Below the pieces are notes generated by a model. That model did not search any database. It was given only the letters and a program-made list of their open reading frames with translations, and was not told the DNA's origin. The position numbers and the translations under genes are program-made. Positions 45,645 to 55,254 of a DNA stretch of 64,000 nucleotides are shown piece by piece (the first letter of the stretch is position 1; every line of letters starts with the position of its first letter). Source of the stretch: an uncultured Spirochaetota bacterium (GTDB lineage: Bacteria > Spirochaetota > UBA4802 > UBA5550); the NCBI GenBank assembly GCA_963827275.1, contig CAWHAA010000002.1:192001-256000 (forward strand), in the 5' to 3' direction.

Positions 45645-46595
45645 ATGGACAGATATCTTACCATTGAAGCAGTACGTCTGACTGAAGCGGCCGCGCTCTT
45701 TGCAAGCAGGCATATGGGCAAGGGCGATGAGGAGATTACGTATCATTCGGCGTCTGACGCCATGCACAAGGTCCTTTCGACGATGGACATCGATGGTGAA
45801 ATAGTGATAGGCGCGGACAGCGCTGAAACGGCGCTGTATGACGGGGTGCAGGTCGGCAGCAAAACGGGGGGCGCTGTCGACCTTGCCGTGAAGCCGCTGG
45901 ACGGGAAGATGACCTGCGCACGCGGCGGACACAATGCGGTGTCGGCGGCGGCGGTTGGCACCAAGGGGGCGTTTTTCAAGGCCCCGTCGCTGCACATGGA
46001 CAAGATCGCGGTCGGCAAGGACGCGAAAAATATCGTGGACATCCACCAGCCGCCGGCGATCAATATCAAGCGGATCGCCCGTGCGAAAGGAAAATATATT
46101 GAGGACCTCACTGTCTGCATCCTCGACCGGAAGCGGAATGAAAAGCTGGTGGAGGAGGTGCGCAAAACCGGGGCCAAGATCAGGTTTATACGCGACGGGG
46201 ACATCACGGGCGCCGTTTCCACCGCTTTCCCCGAAAGCTCAATCGATATCCTCATGGGTATCGGCGGCGCAAAAGAGGCGATCATAGCCGCGGCGGCGCT
46301 CAAGTGCATGGACGCGGACATGCAGGCGCGGTTCGTGGACATAGGCGGCAGGGAGAAGGAGCTGCTCCGCGAGCTTGGCATCGATGACCCGGAGATGATC
46401 TTTACTCCCTCGGACATGATCCGGGGCGAAGACGTGATCGTTTCCCTCACCGGTGTAACCGACGGGGTACTGCTGCCGGGCGTGCAGTACGTTCCCGGCG
46501 GAGCGAAGACCAGCTCGATCCTGTTCAGGCAGAAGACCCATACCCTCCGGTATATCACGGCCATCCACCAATTCGATTATAAGCCGATATTTTGA
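45645..46595 (+). CDS. glpX: Class II fructose-1,6-bisphosphatase (GlpX) homologue with degenerate active site
   Basis: RLTEAAAL, MDKIAVG, LTVCILDR, GAKIRFIRDGD, MGIGG, TGVTDG. GGGAGG RBS. Confidence 0.75.
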   Translation: MDRYLTIEAVRLTEAAALFASRHMGKGDEEITYHSASDAMHKVLSTMDIDGEIVIGADSAETALYDGVQVGSKTGGAVDLAVKPLDGKMTCARGGHNAVSAAAVGTKGAFFKAPSLHMDKIAVGKDAKNIVDIHQPPAINIKRIARAKGKYIEDLTVCILDRKRNEKLVEEVRKTGAKIRFIRDGDITGAVSTAFPESSIDILMGIGGAKEAIIAAAALKCMDADMQARFVDIGGREKELLRELGIDDPEMIFTPSDMIRGEDVIVSLTGVTDGVLLPGVQYVPGGAKTSSILFRQKTHTLRYITAIHQFDYKPIF

Positions 46596-46623
46596 CGGGG
46601 CAGCGCGACACTGGTATATTGAA

Positions 46624-47544
46624 ATGAAAGACCTGGAAGAACTGCTGAATACGATTGTTATCGATATCCGGAAACAGAATTGCGAGCGGGGACCGGGAGC
46701 CATCCCGCAGTCCGACAGGTTTTACGATTATCTGACAACTACCTATTCCGTGATCCCTTACACCATCCCCAAGCTCATCAAGATACTGGTGGACACGCAT
46801 AAGATTTTCTCATTCAATACCGTTGAAGGGAACAATAAACAGCAGGTGCGAAGGGTCGAGGGATTTGTCGTCGCGGAGGGCAACATCATCAAAACGCTCC
46901 TCGAGATTTTCAGCGATGAACTGACGCGCGAATTTTCACACGAGTTCTCCACCAAGTATCCGGTCGAAAGGATAATCAAGGAATTTTTCCCGAAGCTAAA
47001 GGAGTATAACAACACGCCCCTCGGCAGGAGCGCGAATATCGTGATCAACCTGATGAGCTTGCAGGCGAACCTCGAACGGGCGATCATGCAGTTTAATCCG
47101 AAGTGGCAGGAAAAGCAGCTCAAGATCGAGATCGAGAAGACGGGCGGGCTTGCTTCGTTCATCGACAGCCAGATTTCAATCCGCGGAAAGGCGGGGAGCG
47201 CCGCTGATAACGAAAATGACAAAAACCGGCGCGTTACCGACACTCCGAAATACGAGGAATTTAAAAAATACATGAGCAAGAACACCATCGAGAAGACCCT
47301 CGTGGTGTACGGGGCGGAATTTTACTCCCGCGTCTGCTTCAGGGAATACAGGTTTTCACTGGTCCAGAAGCTCATCGAGGACGACCGAATAAACGACGCA
47401 AATGACCTTCTCATGGTGAAGAAGATGCTCAAGAAAACCCGCGAAAATTCCGACCAGGACACAAACCTGCAGCAATACGCCCTTGACATCAATGAGCTTG
47501 AAAAGGCGATCAACCAGAAAATCAAGGCGGCCGGTGCGAAATGA
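46624..47544 (+). CDS. Hypothetical protein
   Basis: 306-codon ORF with host codon bias; ATGA overlap with the next gene. Confidence 0.75.
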   Translation: MKDLEELLNTIVIDIRKQNCERGPGAIPQSDRFYDYLTTTYSVIPYTIPKLIKILVDTHKIFSFNTVEGNNKQQVRRVEGFVVAEGNIIKTLLEIFSDELTREFSHEFSTKYPVERIIKEFFPKLKEYNNTPLGRSANIVINLMSLQANLERAIMQFNPKWQEKQLKIEIEKTGGLASFIDSQISIRGKAGSAADNENDKNRRVTDTPKYEEFKKYMSKNTIEKTLVVYGAEFYSRVCFREYRFSLVQKLIEDDRINDANDLLMVKKMLKKTRENSDQDTNLQQYALDINELEKAINQKIKAAGAK

Positions 47545-48758
47545 AGCGCGTTGCCGTGATCGGCGGGGGAGCGTCGGGCTGCATCGCCGCCTGCTTTGCC
47601 GCGGGCGGCGGCAATTCGGTCGTCCTTTTTGAAAAGCAGAAAAAGCTTGGGAGAAAGGTGCTCGTCAGCGGAAACGGGCGGTGCAACATCACCAACCGTA
47701 ACCTTTCAGCGGGGTGCTACCATGGTGGCAATCCACGGTTCGTTAACAATGTCTTTTCACGCTTCGGCTTCGATGAGACGGTGGATTTTTTCAAATCAAT
47801 CGGTCTCCCCCTTGCGGAGGAGAAAAACGGGAAGATGTTCCCCGCGTCGCTGCAGTCCGCATCGGTGATGCGGATCTTTGAATACGAGCTCGGTCGCCGC
47901 GGCGTCGAAGCGAGGACGCACCGCAGGATCGAGGCTATACGGCCAACGGGAAGCGGGTACACACTGGTCACGGCGGGGCACGAGGCGGAGGAATTCGACG
48001 CGGTGATTCTCGCCGCCGGGAGCTGCGCCAATCCCCCGTCGGGCGGATCGCGCGACGGGTACGAGCTCGCCCGGCAGATGAAGCACACGGTGCGCGAGCC
48101 GTTCCCCGCCATACTGCCGGTCACCATCCCCCTGAAGATCATCCATCGCCTCCAGGGCGTCAAGTGGGACTGCGCGACGCGGGTGACAATGGGAAAAAAA
48201 ACCCTCGCCTCATCTGAAGGAGAGCTCCTTTTCACCGCGTACGGCATCTCGGGACCGGCATCGCTCGAGATATCGCGCGCGGTCAACGAGACGGTGCTCC
48301 GGGGCCAGTCACCGCAAATAGTCATTGACCTGTTTCCCGGGCGAGGGGAGAAAGAGCTTGAGGATGTAATCGGGATGCTGTGGGCGGACGGCTCACGGAG
48401 CGCCGCGCTGAGCCTTACCGGGATACTGAAAAGTCCGATGCCCGACGTGCTGCTCCGCATGGCGGGGATCGACCCCGCGGCGCCGGTAGGACAGCTCGGG
48501 AAGGAGATGCGCGGCGCGCTGGCCCGCGTCCTGAAAGGACTCACCCTTGAGCCCGGGAAGCCGCGGGGCTTCGATGAAGCGGTGGTCGCCGCCGGGGGCG
48601 TGGACACTGACGAGGTGAACCCGGCGACCATGGAGTCGCGTCGCGCGAAGCGCCTGTACATCACCGGCGAGCTCCTCGATATCGACGGGGACAGCGGCGG
48701 GTACAACCTCCAGTTCGCCTGGAGCACCGGCGCGCTCGCCGGCCTGGCGCAGCATTGA
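47541..48758 (+). CDS. HI0933/BaiN-family flavoprotein
   Basis: IGGGASG, GRKVLVSGNGRCNITN, GELLFTAYGISGP, GGV...EVNP.TMES, GELLDIDGDSGGYNLQFAWSTG. Confidence 0.93.
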   Translation: MKRVAVIGGGASGCIAACFAAGGGNSVVLFEKQKKLGRKVLVSGNGRCNITNRNLSAGCYHGGNPRFVNNVFSRFGFDETVDFFKSIGLPLAEEKNGKMFPASLQSASVMRIFEYELGRRGVEARTHRRIEAIRPTGSGYTLVTAGHEAEEFDAVILAAGSCANPPSGGSRDGYELARQMKHTVREPFPAILPVTIPLKIIHRLQGVKWDCATRVTMGKKTLASSEGELLFTAYGISGPASLEISRAVNETVLRGQSPQIVIDLFPGRGEKELEDVIGMLWADGSRSAALSLTGILKSPMPDVLLRMAGIDPAAPVGQLGKEMRGALARVLKGLTLEPGKPRGFDEAVVAAGGVDTDEVNPATMESRRAKRLYITGELLDIDGDSGGYNLQFAWSTGALAGLAQH

Positions 48759-48767
48759 AAGCGTGGA

Positions 48768-49016
48768 TCAGAACAGCATGACGAACCCGTCGACCGTGGC
48801 GATGCAGGCGCAGACGCGCTCAAGGTGCGATTCTGAGTCGAATTCGGCGGTGATGGTGTAGGAGATGAAGGTGCTGTTCCTGCTCGGCCGGTGGTCGATC
48901 TGGGCGTCGAGCCCGTGTTCCGCCAGAAGGGCGGTGATCGCGTCATGGAGGTCCTGGCGCAGGTAGAACACCGACTTGAAGGTGATTTCGGCGGGGTAGG
49001 TGATTTCTTTCTTCAT
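48768..49016 (-). CDS. DUF493/YbeD-like small ACT-fold protein
   Basis: ITYPAEITFK...RPSRNSTFISYTI...VDGFVMLF pattern. Start at MKKEIT. Confidence 0.7.
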   Translation of the reverse strand: MKKEITYPAEITFKSVFYLRQDLHDAITALLAEHGLDAQIDHRPSRNSTFISYTITAEFDSESHLERVCACIATVDGFVMLF

Positions 49017-49077
49017 GGGTTCATCGAAACCGGACCCCCGCGTGTTTGTCAAGTCTATATGGGAGAGGCACGTACAC

Positions 49078-50412
49078 ATGGAAATGATGAAGTTACACCT
49101 GCTGCAGCCGTTCGTTATAGCCCTCTTCCTGGGCGCCCTGCTCGGCTTTGAACGGACGTTCGCGTCGCGCATGGACCATGAGACCACCGATTTCCTGGGC
49201 GGTATCCGCACCTACTCTCTGGTCGCGCTGTTCGGCTCCCTGATGACGTTTCTCGGGGACCATTACGCGCATGAGCTGCTCTACCTCGGGTTTGCCGCAA
49301 TCATCGCCATGACCGTCATTTCCTATTTCCTCTCTTTCAGCAAGCACAACGAGGGGGGCATCACGACCGAGGTGAGCATGCTCATCTGCTTCACCATCGG
49401 CGTTATCACGCAGAAAAACCAGCTCGTGCTGGCGCTGTTCATCGCCATCATCACCGCGGTAGTGCTGCACCTGAAGGACTACCTTCACCGGCTCGGCGCG
49501 CTGGTGGAAAAGGACGACATCAGGGCGACACTTATCTTCGCCATCATAACCTTCATTATTCTCCTGTTCGACCCCGACTTCACGGTTCTCTTGCAGGATA
49601 TCGGGATGCTCAACAGCGCCGTCTTTGAACGTTTTCCCGGCCTAAGTGACGTGCAGGTGGTCAACCCCTATACCGTGTGGATCATGGTGGTGCTGGTGTC
49701 CGCCATCGGGTTCACCGGCTATATCGCTATCAAGATACTCGGGCATAAAAAGGGTATCGGCCTTACCGGCTTGCTGGGCGGGCTCGCGTCAAGCACGGCC
49801 ACGACCGTCACCTTTTCCAGGAGGAGCAGGGAAGGCGGTGAAAACGGGTCCGCCTATCCATATGCCCTTGCCGTCATCCTGGCCTGCTCCACCATGTTTC
49901 CACGCGTGCTGCTGGAAGTGCTTATCATCAACCCGCTTTTGCTCGGCAACCTGGTCGTCGTGATGGGGTCCATGGCGCTGGCCGGTTTTATTTTCTGCTT
50001 TGTCCTCTGGAAAAAAAGCGGGAAGGAAAAAAACGAAGAGGTGGCGTACCAGAACCCGTTCAACATCTCGCTGGCGGTCAAATTCGGGGTCATATTCGCC
50101 GTCATCGTCTTCATCTCCCGCATTGCCGAAGTGCTTTTCGGGGACAGCGGTATTTATATCATCAGCGTCCTGACCGGGCTTTCCGATGTCGACCCCATGA
50201 CCCTTACCATGAGCCAGATCTCCCGCGATGACCCGTCGAAGCTGTCCCAGGCCACGATCGCCATCACGCTGGCCGCGTTCGCGAACACGGCGATGAAGGG
50301 GGCGATGGCGGTGTTTCTCGGGTCAAAAAAATTTAAAAAAATCGTGCTGCTCGGCTTCGGGATCGTCCTCCTGGCGGGGGCGCTGGCGCTGGCGATTGTG
50401 AACCTGGTGTAA
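49078..50412 (+). CDS. MgtC/SapB-family membrane protein (with DUF4010-type C-terminus)
   Basis: ALFLGALLGFER, GGIRTY, GITTE, LLGGLASSTATT, GLSDVD. Confidence 0.88.
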   Translation: MEMMKLHLLQPFVIALFLGALLGFERTFASRMDHETTDFLGGIRTYSLVALFGSLMTFLGDHYAHELLYLGFAAIIAMTVISYFLSFSKHNEGGITTEVSMLICFTIGVITQKNQLVLALFIAIITAVVLHLKDYLHRLGALVEKDDIRATLIFAIITFIILLFDPDFTVLLQDIGMLNSAVFERFPGLSDVQVVNPYTVWIMVVLVSAIGFTGYIAIKILGHKKGIGLTGLLGGLASSTATTVTFSRRSREGGENGSAYPYALAVILACSTMFPRVLLEVLIINPLLLGNLVVVMGSMALAGFIFCFVLWKKSGKEKNEEVAYQNPFNISLAVKFGVIFAVIVFISRIAEVLFGDSGIYIISVLTGLSDVDPMTLTMSQISRDDPSKLSQATIAITLAAFANTAMKGAMAVFLGSKKFKKIVLLGFGIVLLAGALALAIVNLV

Positions 50413-50445
50413 ATGGCCGCACTATTGCAGCCATGATGCCAGACA

Positions 50446-50471
50446 AGAAAGCCCCCTGCCGGGGGCTTTCT
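50446..50471. terminator. Hairpin terminator between convergent genes
   Basis: AGAAAGCCCCC-TGCC-GGGGGCTTTCT. Confidence 0.65.
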
Positions 50472-50480
50472 CATTCGCTG

Positions 50481-51125
50481 TTATTTCGGTATCTTGTTGT
50501 AATCATCAAGAAATTTTTTTATGCCGATGTCCGTCAGCGGGTGCTTGATGATTTTCTGGAATACGTCGAAGGGGATCGTCGCGATGTCGGCGCCGATCAA
50601 CGCCGCGTGTTTTATGTGCAGCGGGTTTCTGACCGACGCAACGATGATCTCGGTCGTGAAATCGTAATTCGCGAATATGGCGGAGATCTCCTCCACCACT
50701 TCCATCCCCTCGGAGCCGATATCGTCAAGCCGGCCGATGAAGGGGGAGATGTAGGTCGCCCCCGCCTTGGCGGCCATGAGCGCCTGGAGCGAGTTGAAGC
50801 AGAGGGTGACGTTGGTCCGGATACGGTCTGAGGCGAGGGTCTTTACCGCGCGCAGTCCGTCTTCAATGAGGGGGATCTTGACGTTGATGTTGTCGCGGAT
50901 CTTTGCGAGGTCCCGCGCTTCCCTGACCATGCCGTCATAATCGAGGGAGATGACCTCCGCGGAGACCGGCCCGTCGACTTCCCTGGCTACTTCCGTCAGC
51001 ACCTCGCGGTACGGCCTGCCGATCTTGCTGACCAGCGACGGGTTTGTGGTCACGCCGTCAAGGATCCCCAGTTCCCTGGCACGACGTATCTCCTTGATAT
51101 CAGCGGTATCTATGAAAAACTTCAT
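50481..51125 (-). CDS. tal: Transaldolase / fructose-6-phosphate aldolase family
   Basis: [20 protein letters not shown] (Schiff-base Lys), [28 protein letters not shown]. Confidence 0.93.
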   Translation of the reverse strand: MKFFIDTADIKEIRRARELGILDGVTTNPSLVSKIGRPYREVLTEVAREVDGPVSAEVISLDYDGMVREARDLAKIRDNINVKIPLIEDGLRAVKTLASDRIRTNVTLCFNSLQALMAAKAGATYISPFIGRLDDIGSEGMEVVEEISAIFANYDFTTEIIVASVRNPLHIKHAALIGADIATIPFDVFQKIIKHPLTDIGIKKFLDDYNKIPK

Positions 51126-51249
51126 TGCTGCACCTCTTGGATGTGAATGTATGAATGGAGCATCCACAATGGTGCGAATTATGTCAAACAGTTTTGGATT
51201 TTAACAGAACATCAGGTGCAGGAAATCCCCGCAGGGGCACCGGGTACGG

Positions 51250-54200
51250 ATGGCGCAATTGGAATTGACACGGTCCTTGCCATTGGCCATTATGCGCCTG
51301 CCATGGGATCAGTTGTTCAAGAAATGGATGAAGGAGATAGAGGCCCTCTTTGCCTCCCCCGCGGGATTCATCTTCCTGATTGCGCAGTGCCTGTTGCTCG
51401 GGTGGAGCTTCGGGTCGTCGGCGGGCAGCTGCAGTACCCTGAGCGGACTTATGGCGGCCGGTGATCTGCCGGCTGCATACCTGTCGCCGCTTTCGGATCT
51501 TACTGTCCCTGTTTTCAGGAGCGCGTATCTGTACCCGGCCCTGCTCCTGCCCGTTGTTGTTTCCGGTCTGCTGCGCGGAGGTTCGCCGGGCGTGTCGCTG
51601 AATTTTATAGGCCAGCCTTCAGCAATTATCCGCGGACTCGGCGCCAAATTCGGCGCGGCCGTCATATACCTCGCAGCCTCCCTCGCGCTCTCCCTGCCGG
51701 CGCTTCAGTACTGGCGCATGCTCGGGGGCAGCGTGTATGCCTCCGAGACCGCGCTTCTGTACGCGGGATATTTCCTGAACGGGGTCCTGACCATCTCAGT
51801 ATCTTTTCTTTTTGCCTCGCTGATACGAAGCAGGGCCATCGCCTCGTTCGCGTCAACAACGCTCCTGGCGCTGCCGCACCTGCTTTATTTTATCAAAGAA
51901 TGCAACGGCGCCGATTATACGCCCCTCGGGGCGATGACGCTGGAAGCGGTGTCGTCTTTTGAGCGCGGTATCGTGTCACCGGGTGCATTTCTTTATTTTA
52001 TTGTCCCGGCGATCGTTGCGTTCGCCCTTACAGTGAGCGCGCAGGTCCGGGGCAGGAAGATGAAGATGCGGGTACTTGCCGCGGCACTGGGGTTCGTGGC
52101 GGCGGTTTCCATCTCAATGATGGCCCCGGAAGCGCGCGGGTTCCTTGCTTCGCATGTCGATATATCGGACCGCTACAGTGCCCCCGCCGCTTCTTCTGTC
52201 GTCACACGGGCAAAACAGATCATCACTCTTTCTGCGCTCCCCTCCGTGTACGATGTTCCGGCGGGCGATGGGGGCGGTGCGGCCGGATGTCCTCTCTCGA
52301 TCACGGAAAAGGACCTGCGTGATATCCGGGTCGTCTACTGGGCGCTCATCCCGCTGCTGATCGGACTTATGGCAGGGGCACGCGCGGTCAGGCAGATCCG
52401 CATGCCACACGGAGCGAAGCGGGTCACGGTCATGACTGCCACCTGGCTGGCGCTGGTGCTGGCCTGCGCCCTGGCGCAGGACTTCTATATCAAGAACAGG
52501 CCATGGAAGGTCTTCCCGTCGGTCAGGGAGGTGCTGCCCCGGTGGGCGTGGGAGCGTGGAGAACCGCCCGGCGCCGGCAGCGCGCCGGAGGCCGTTCCAA
52601 AGAATATCGCCGGGACAGAAATGCCCCGTGATCCGAATTTCATCTACGCGGGTGATGGATATCAGAATCTTAACCGTTTCTTCAAGAGGCTCGCCGACCT
52701 GCAGGCGGGGCGGCGTGACACGGTCAGGATCGTGCACTACGGTGATTCCCTCATCTGGGGCGACTGCTTTTCCCGGACAATGAAGCGCCGGTTCCAGGCG
52801 GAATTCGGTGACGGGGGCCGCGGCATCGTGCCGCCGGCCGCAACCATGGCAACGGCGCTGCAGGACCATACCAATACGACGAATCCCGGCGGGTTCGACC
52901 AGCACGCCGTGCGGCACGAGTTCCGGTACCTGGGTAATTTCTATCCGGCGCCGGCGGAAAACCGGTACGTGGGGTTCACGGGCGAGGGCGCGTTTCTCCG
53001 CTCGCCGCTTTCAGAGATACACATGGAATCGCCCGCCGGCAGCCGGAAGTGGCGCCGCGTGCAGCTTTTCCTGCGGCAGCCGGCGGACGCGGCACCCGGC
53101 TCGTCGTCGTACTGCGTGCGCCTCGATCACGACGCGGGCACGGCGCGGCAGGTACTCGCCCCGGCCGGCGCATCGCCCGGCGCGGTGACATTTCTGGTAC
53201 CGCCGACGGGAACTATTACCGCCCGGTTTGAAGGCTCGGCCGGGCCGCTCCCCTCGGTTGACGCGGTCAACCTTGAAACAGAGAGCGGCGTCGCCTACAG
53301 CACGGTCGTCAGGATGGGCATACACATGGCCTGGCTGAACGCCGTACCTGAGGGACACCTGGCGCCGCTCCGCGAAATCGCTCCGGACCTGCTCATCTTC
53401 CAGTTCGGGGTGAACGAGGCCGCCTCGCTCGGCGGGTTCCCGGAGTTTACGGCGGAGACCCTGCGGGCCCAGGTGAGGGAATGGCTCGCGAAGGTAAAGC
53501 GGCTCTTCCCGGATACCGATGTCCTCGTCGTGGGACCGCCGGAACGGCTCCGCATGCTGCAGGGGGCGCTGGTCCCGATGGAGGAGACGATGACCGTGCG
53601 CAGTATCCAGCGCGAGGAGGCGGCGCGGGCCGGCATGGCCTTCTTTGATACCTACGATCTCCTCGGAGGGCCGGGGCAGATGCTGAACATGGTAACGACC
53701 GGCCTGGCCATGGACGACTACACGCACTTCACCATGCGGGGCGGGGACACGGCGGCAGGCGGGATGTACGATTCGCTCATGAACGCCTTCAGGAAGACAA
53801 ACGGGCGGCCGAAGCTCGACCTCAGGGCGGGGGAGCGGACCGCCATCATGTTCAATTCAGCGTCATACGCCTACTTCCTCGCCGTGACGGTCATCATCGT
53901 CCTCCTGATCGGCAGGCGGGCGGGGCCGCGGTTCGTGTTCCTCGCCGGCGCGTCGTATTATTTTTACACGACATGGAACGTATGGCCCGCGGCCTGCCTT
54001 GCGGTGACCACCGTGACCGATTATTCCATGGCGCTCCTCATCCACCGGGCGCGGAAGGGCGGGGGGCGGGGCTCCGGCTACCTCGCCGTGTCGCTCGCGG
54101 TCAACCTCGGCATCCTGTTTGTCCTGAAATACTTTGATTTCTTTTCCGACCTCGCGGGCAGGGCGGCCTATGCCATGGGCTGCCAGGCGTCGGTGCCGAT

Positions 54201-55254
54201 ACTGAACATCCTGCTGCCGGTCGGGATATCATTTTACACCTTCCAGTCGCTCTCCTACACCATCGACGTGTGGCGCGGCGCGATGAAGCCGACGGCCAGT
54301 CTCCTGAAATATGCGCACTACGTATCGCTTTTTACCCAGCTCCTGGCCGGGCCGATCGTGAAGGCGCGGGAGTTCCTGCCAGCCGTTAAAAACGGGGCGG
54401 GCCACTTCATGGTGACGCACGGGCATTTCTCGGCCGCACTGTTCCTCATCCTCGGGGGACTCGTCAAGAAGGCGGGCGCCGACTGGCTGGGGGGCTCCAT
54501 CGTCGACCGGGTGTACGCGAGCCCGGGCATGTTCACGCCGCTCGAGACCCTGGCGGCGGTGTACGCCTACGGGCTCCAGATATACGGCGATTTTTCCGGC
54601 TACAGCGACATCGCCATCGGGAGCGCCATGCTGCTGGGCTACAATCTCACGGAAAACTTCCGGCGTCCCTACGCCGCGGCCTCGGTGTCCGAGTTCTGGC
54701 AGCGGTGGCACATCTCGCTCGGGAACTGGCTGCGGGAGTACCTCTACATCAGCCTGGGCGGGAACCGGAAGCGGGTGCTCTTCAACCTCGGGATCACGAT
54801 GCTCCTGTGCGGGCTGTGGCACGGCGCTGCACTCCCGTTCGTGCTATGGGGGGCGTACCACGGGCTGGTCATGATCGTCGAGCGGATGTTCAACCTGAAC
54901 CGGACGACAAGAGGGAGGCCGCTCGTGCGCGGCATCAGGGTGTTCGCAACCCTGCACGTGGTCCTGTTCGGGTGGATCATCTTCAGGTCGGATTCATGGG
55001 AGACCTTTACCGCGGTCCTGCGCTCCCTGTCGCGTCTCGAGGCGGGGGCGCCGAATGTGGGCGCGCTCCTGGCCGGGGTGATGGCGCTCTTCTACGCCGT
55101 GCATTACACGCCGGTCGCGTGGAAGGAGCGGCTGAAGGCCGCGTGGGCGGGGCTCCCGGCGACCGTGCAGGGATGCGCCGCCGCGTGCATAACGATTCTC
55201 CTCTACAACGCCGCCACCGCGGACGTGAAGCCGTTTATTTACTTCCAGTTTTAA
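51250..55254 (+). CDS. Fusion of ABC-2/GldF-like permease, SGNH acyltransferase/hydrolase and MBOAT O-acyltransferase with FIYFQF tail
   Basis: Single 1334-codon ORF. N-terminal multi-TM region (KEIEALFASPAG, SFERGIV); SGNH GDS at 52741, FGVNE, DYTH; MBOAT PVGISFYTFQ, DFSGYSDIAIG, FWQRWHISL, GLWHGA. Exact start uncertain. Confidence 0.85.
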   Translation: MAQLELTRSLPLAIMRLPWDQLFKKWMKEIEALFASPAGFIFLIAQCLLLGWSFGSSAGSCSTLSGLMAAGDLPAAYLSPLSDLTVPVFRSAYLYPALLLPVVVSGLLRGGSPGVSLNFIGQPSAIIRGLGAKFGAAVIYLAASLALSLPALQYWRMLGGSVYASETALLYAGYFLNGVLTISVSFLFASLIRSRAIASFASTTLLALPHLLYFIKECNGADYTPLGAMTLEAVSSFERGIVSPGAFLYFIVPAIVAFALTVSAQVRGRKMKMRVLAAALGFVAAVSISMMAPEARGFLASHVDISDRYSAPAASSVVTRAKQIITLSALPSVYDVPAGDGGGAAGCPLSITEKDLRDIRVVYWALIPLLIGLMAGARAVRQIRMPHGAKRVTVMTATWLALVLACALAQDFYIKNRPWKVFPSVREVLPRWAWERGEPPGAGSAPEAVPKNIAGTEMPRDPNFIYAGDGYQNLNRFFKRLADLQAGRRDTVRIVHYGDSLIWGDCFSRTMKRRFQAEFGDGGRGIVPPAATMATALQDHTNTTNPGGFDQHAVRHEFRYLGNFYPAPAENRYVGFTGEGAFLRSPLSEIHMESPAGSRKWRRVQLFLRQPADAAPGSSSYCVRLDHDAGTARQVLAPAGASPGAVTFLVPPTGTITARFEGSAGPLPSVDAVNLETESGVAYSTVVRMGIHMAWLNAVPEGHLAPLREIAPDLLIFQFGVNEAASLGGFPEFTAETLRAQVREWLAKVKRLFPDTDVLVVGPPERLRMLQGALVPMEETMTVRSIQREEAARAGMAFFDTYDLLGGPGQMLNMVTTGLAMDDYTHFTMRGGDTAAGGMYDSLMNAFRKTNGRPKLDLRAGERTAIMFNSASYAYFLAVTVIIVLLIGRRAGPRFVFLAGASYYFYTTWNVWPAACLAVTTVTDYSMALLIHRARKGGGRGSGYLAVSLAVNLGILFVLKYFDFFSDLAGRAAYAMGCQASVPILNILLPVGISFYTFQSLSYTIDVWRGAMKPTASLLKYAHYVSLFTQLLAGPIVKAREFLPAVKNGAGHFMVTHGHFSAALFLILGGLVKKAGADWLGGSIVDRVYASPGMFTPLETLAAVYAYGLQIYGDFSGYSDIAIGSAMLLGYNLTENFRRPYAAASVSEFWQRWHISLGNWLREYLYISLGGNRKRVLFNLGITMLLCGLWHGAALPFVLWGAYHGLVMIVERMFNLNRTTRGRPLVRGIRVFATLHVVLFGWIIFRSDSWETFTAVLRSLSRLEAGAPNVGALLAGVMALFYAVHYTPVAWKERLKAAWAGLPATVQGCAAACITILLYNAATADVKPFIYFQF

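Noticed and set aside
47717..48946. 409-aa minus-strand Ser/Pro/Arg-rich ORF
   Set aside because: Shadow of the HI0933 flavoprotein gene with non-protein-like composition.
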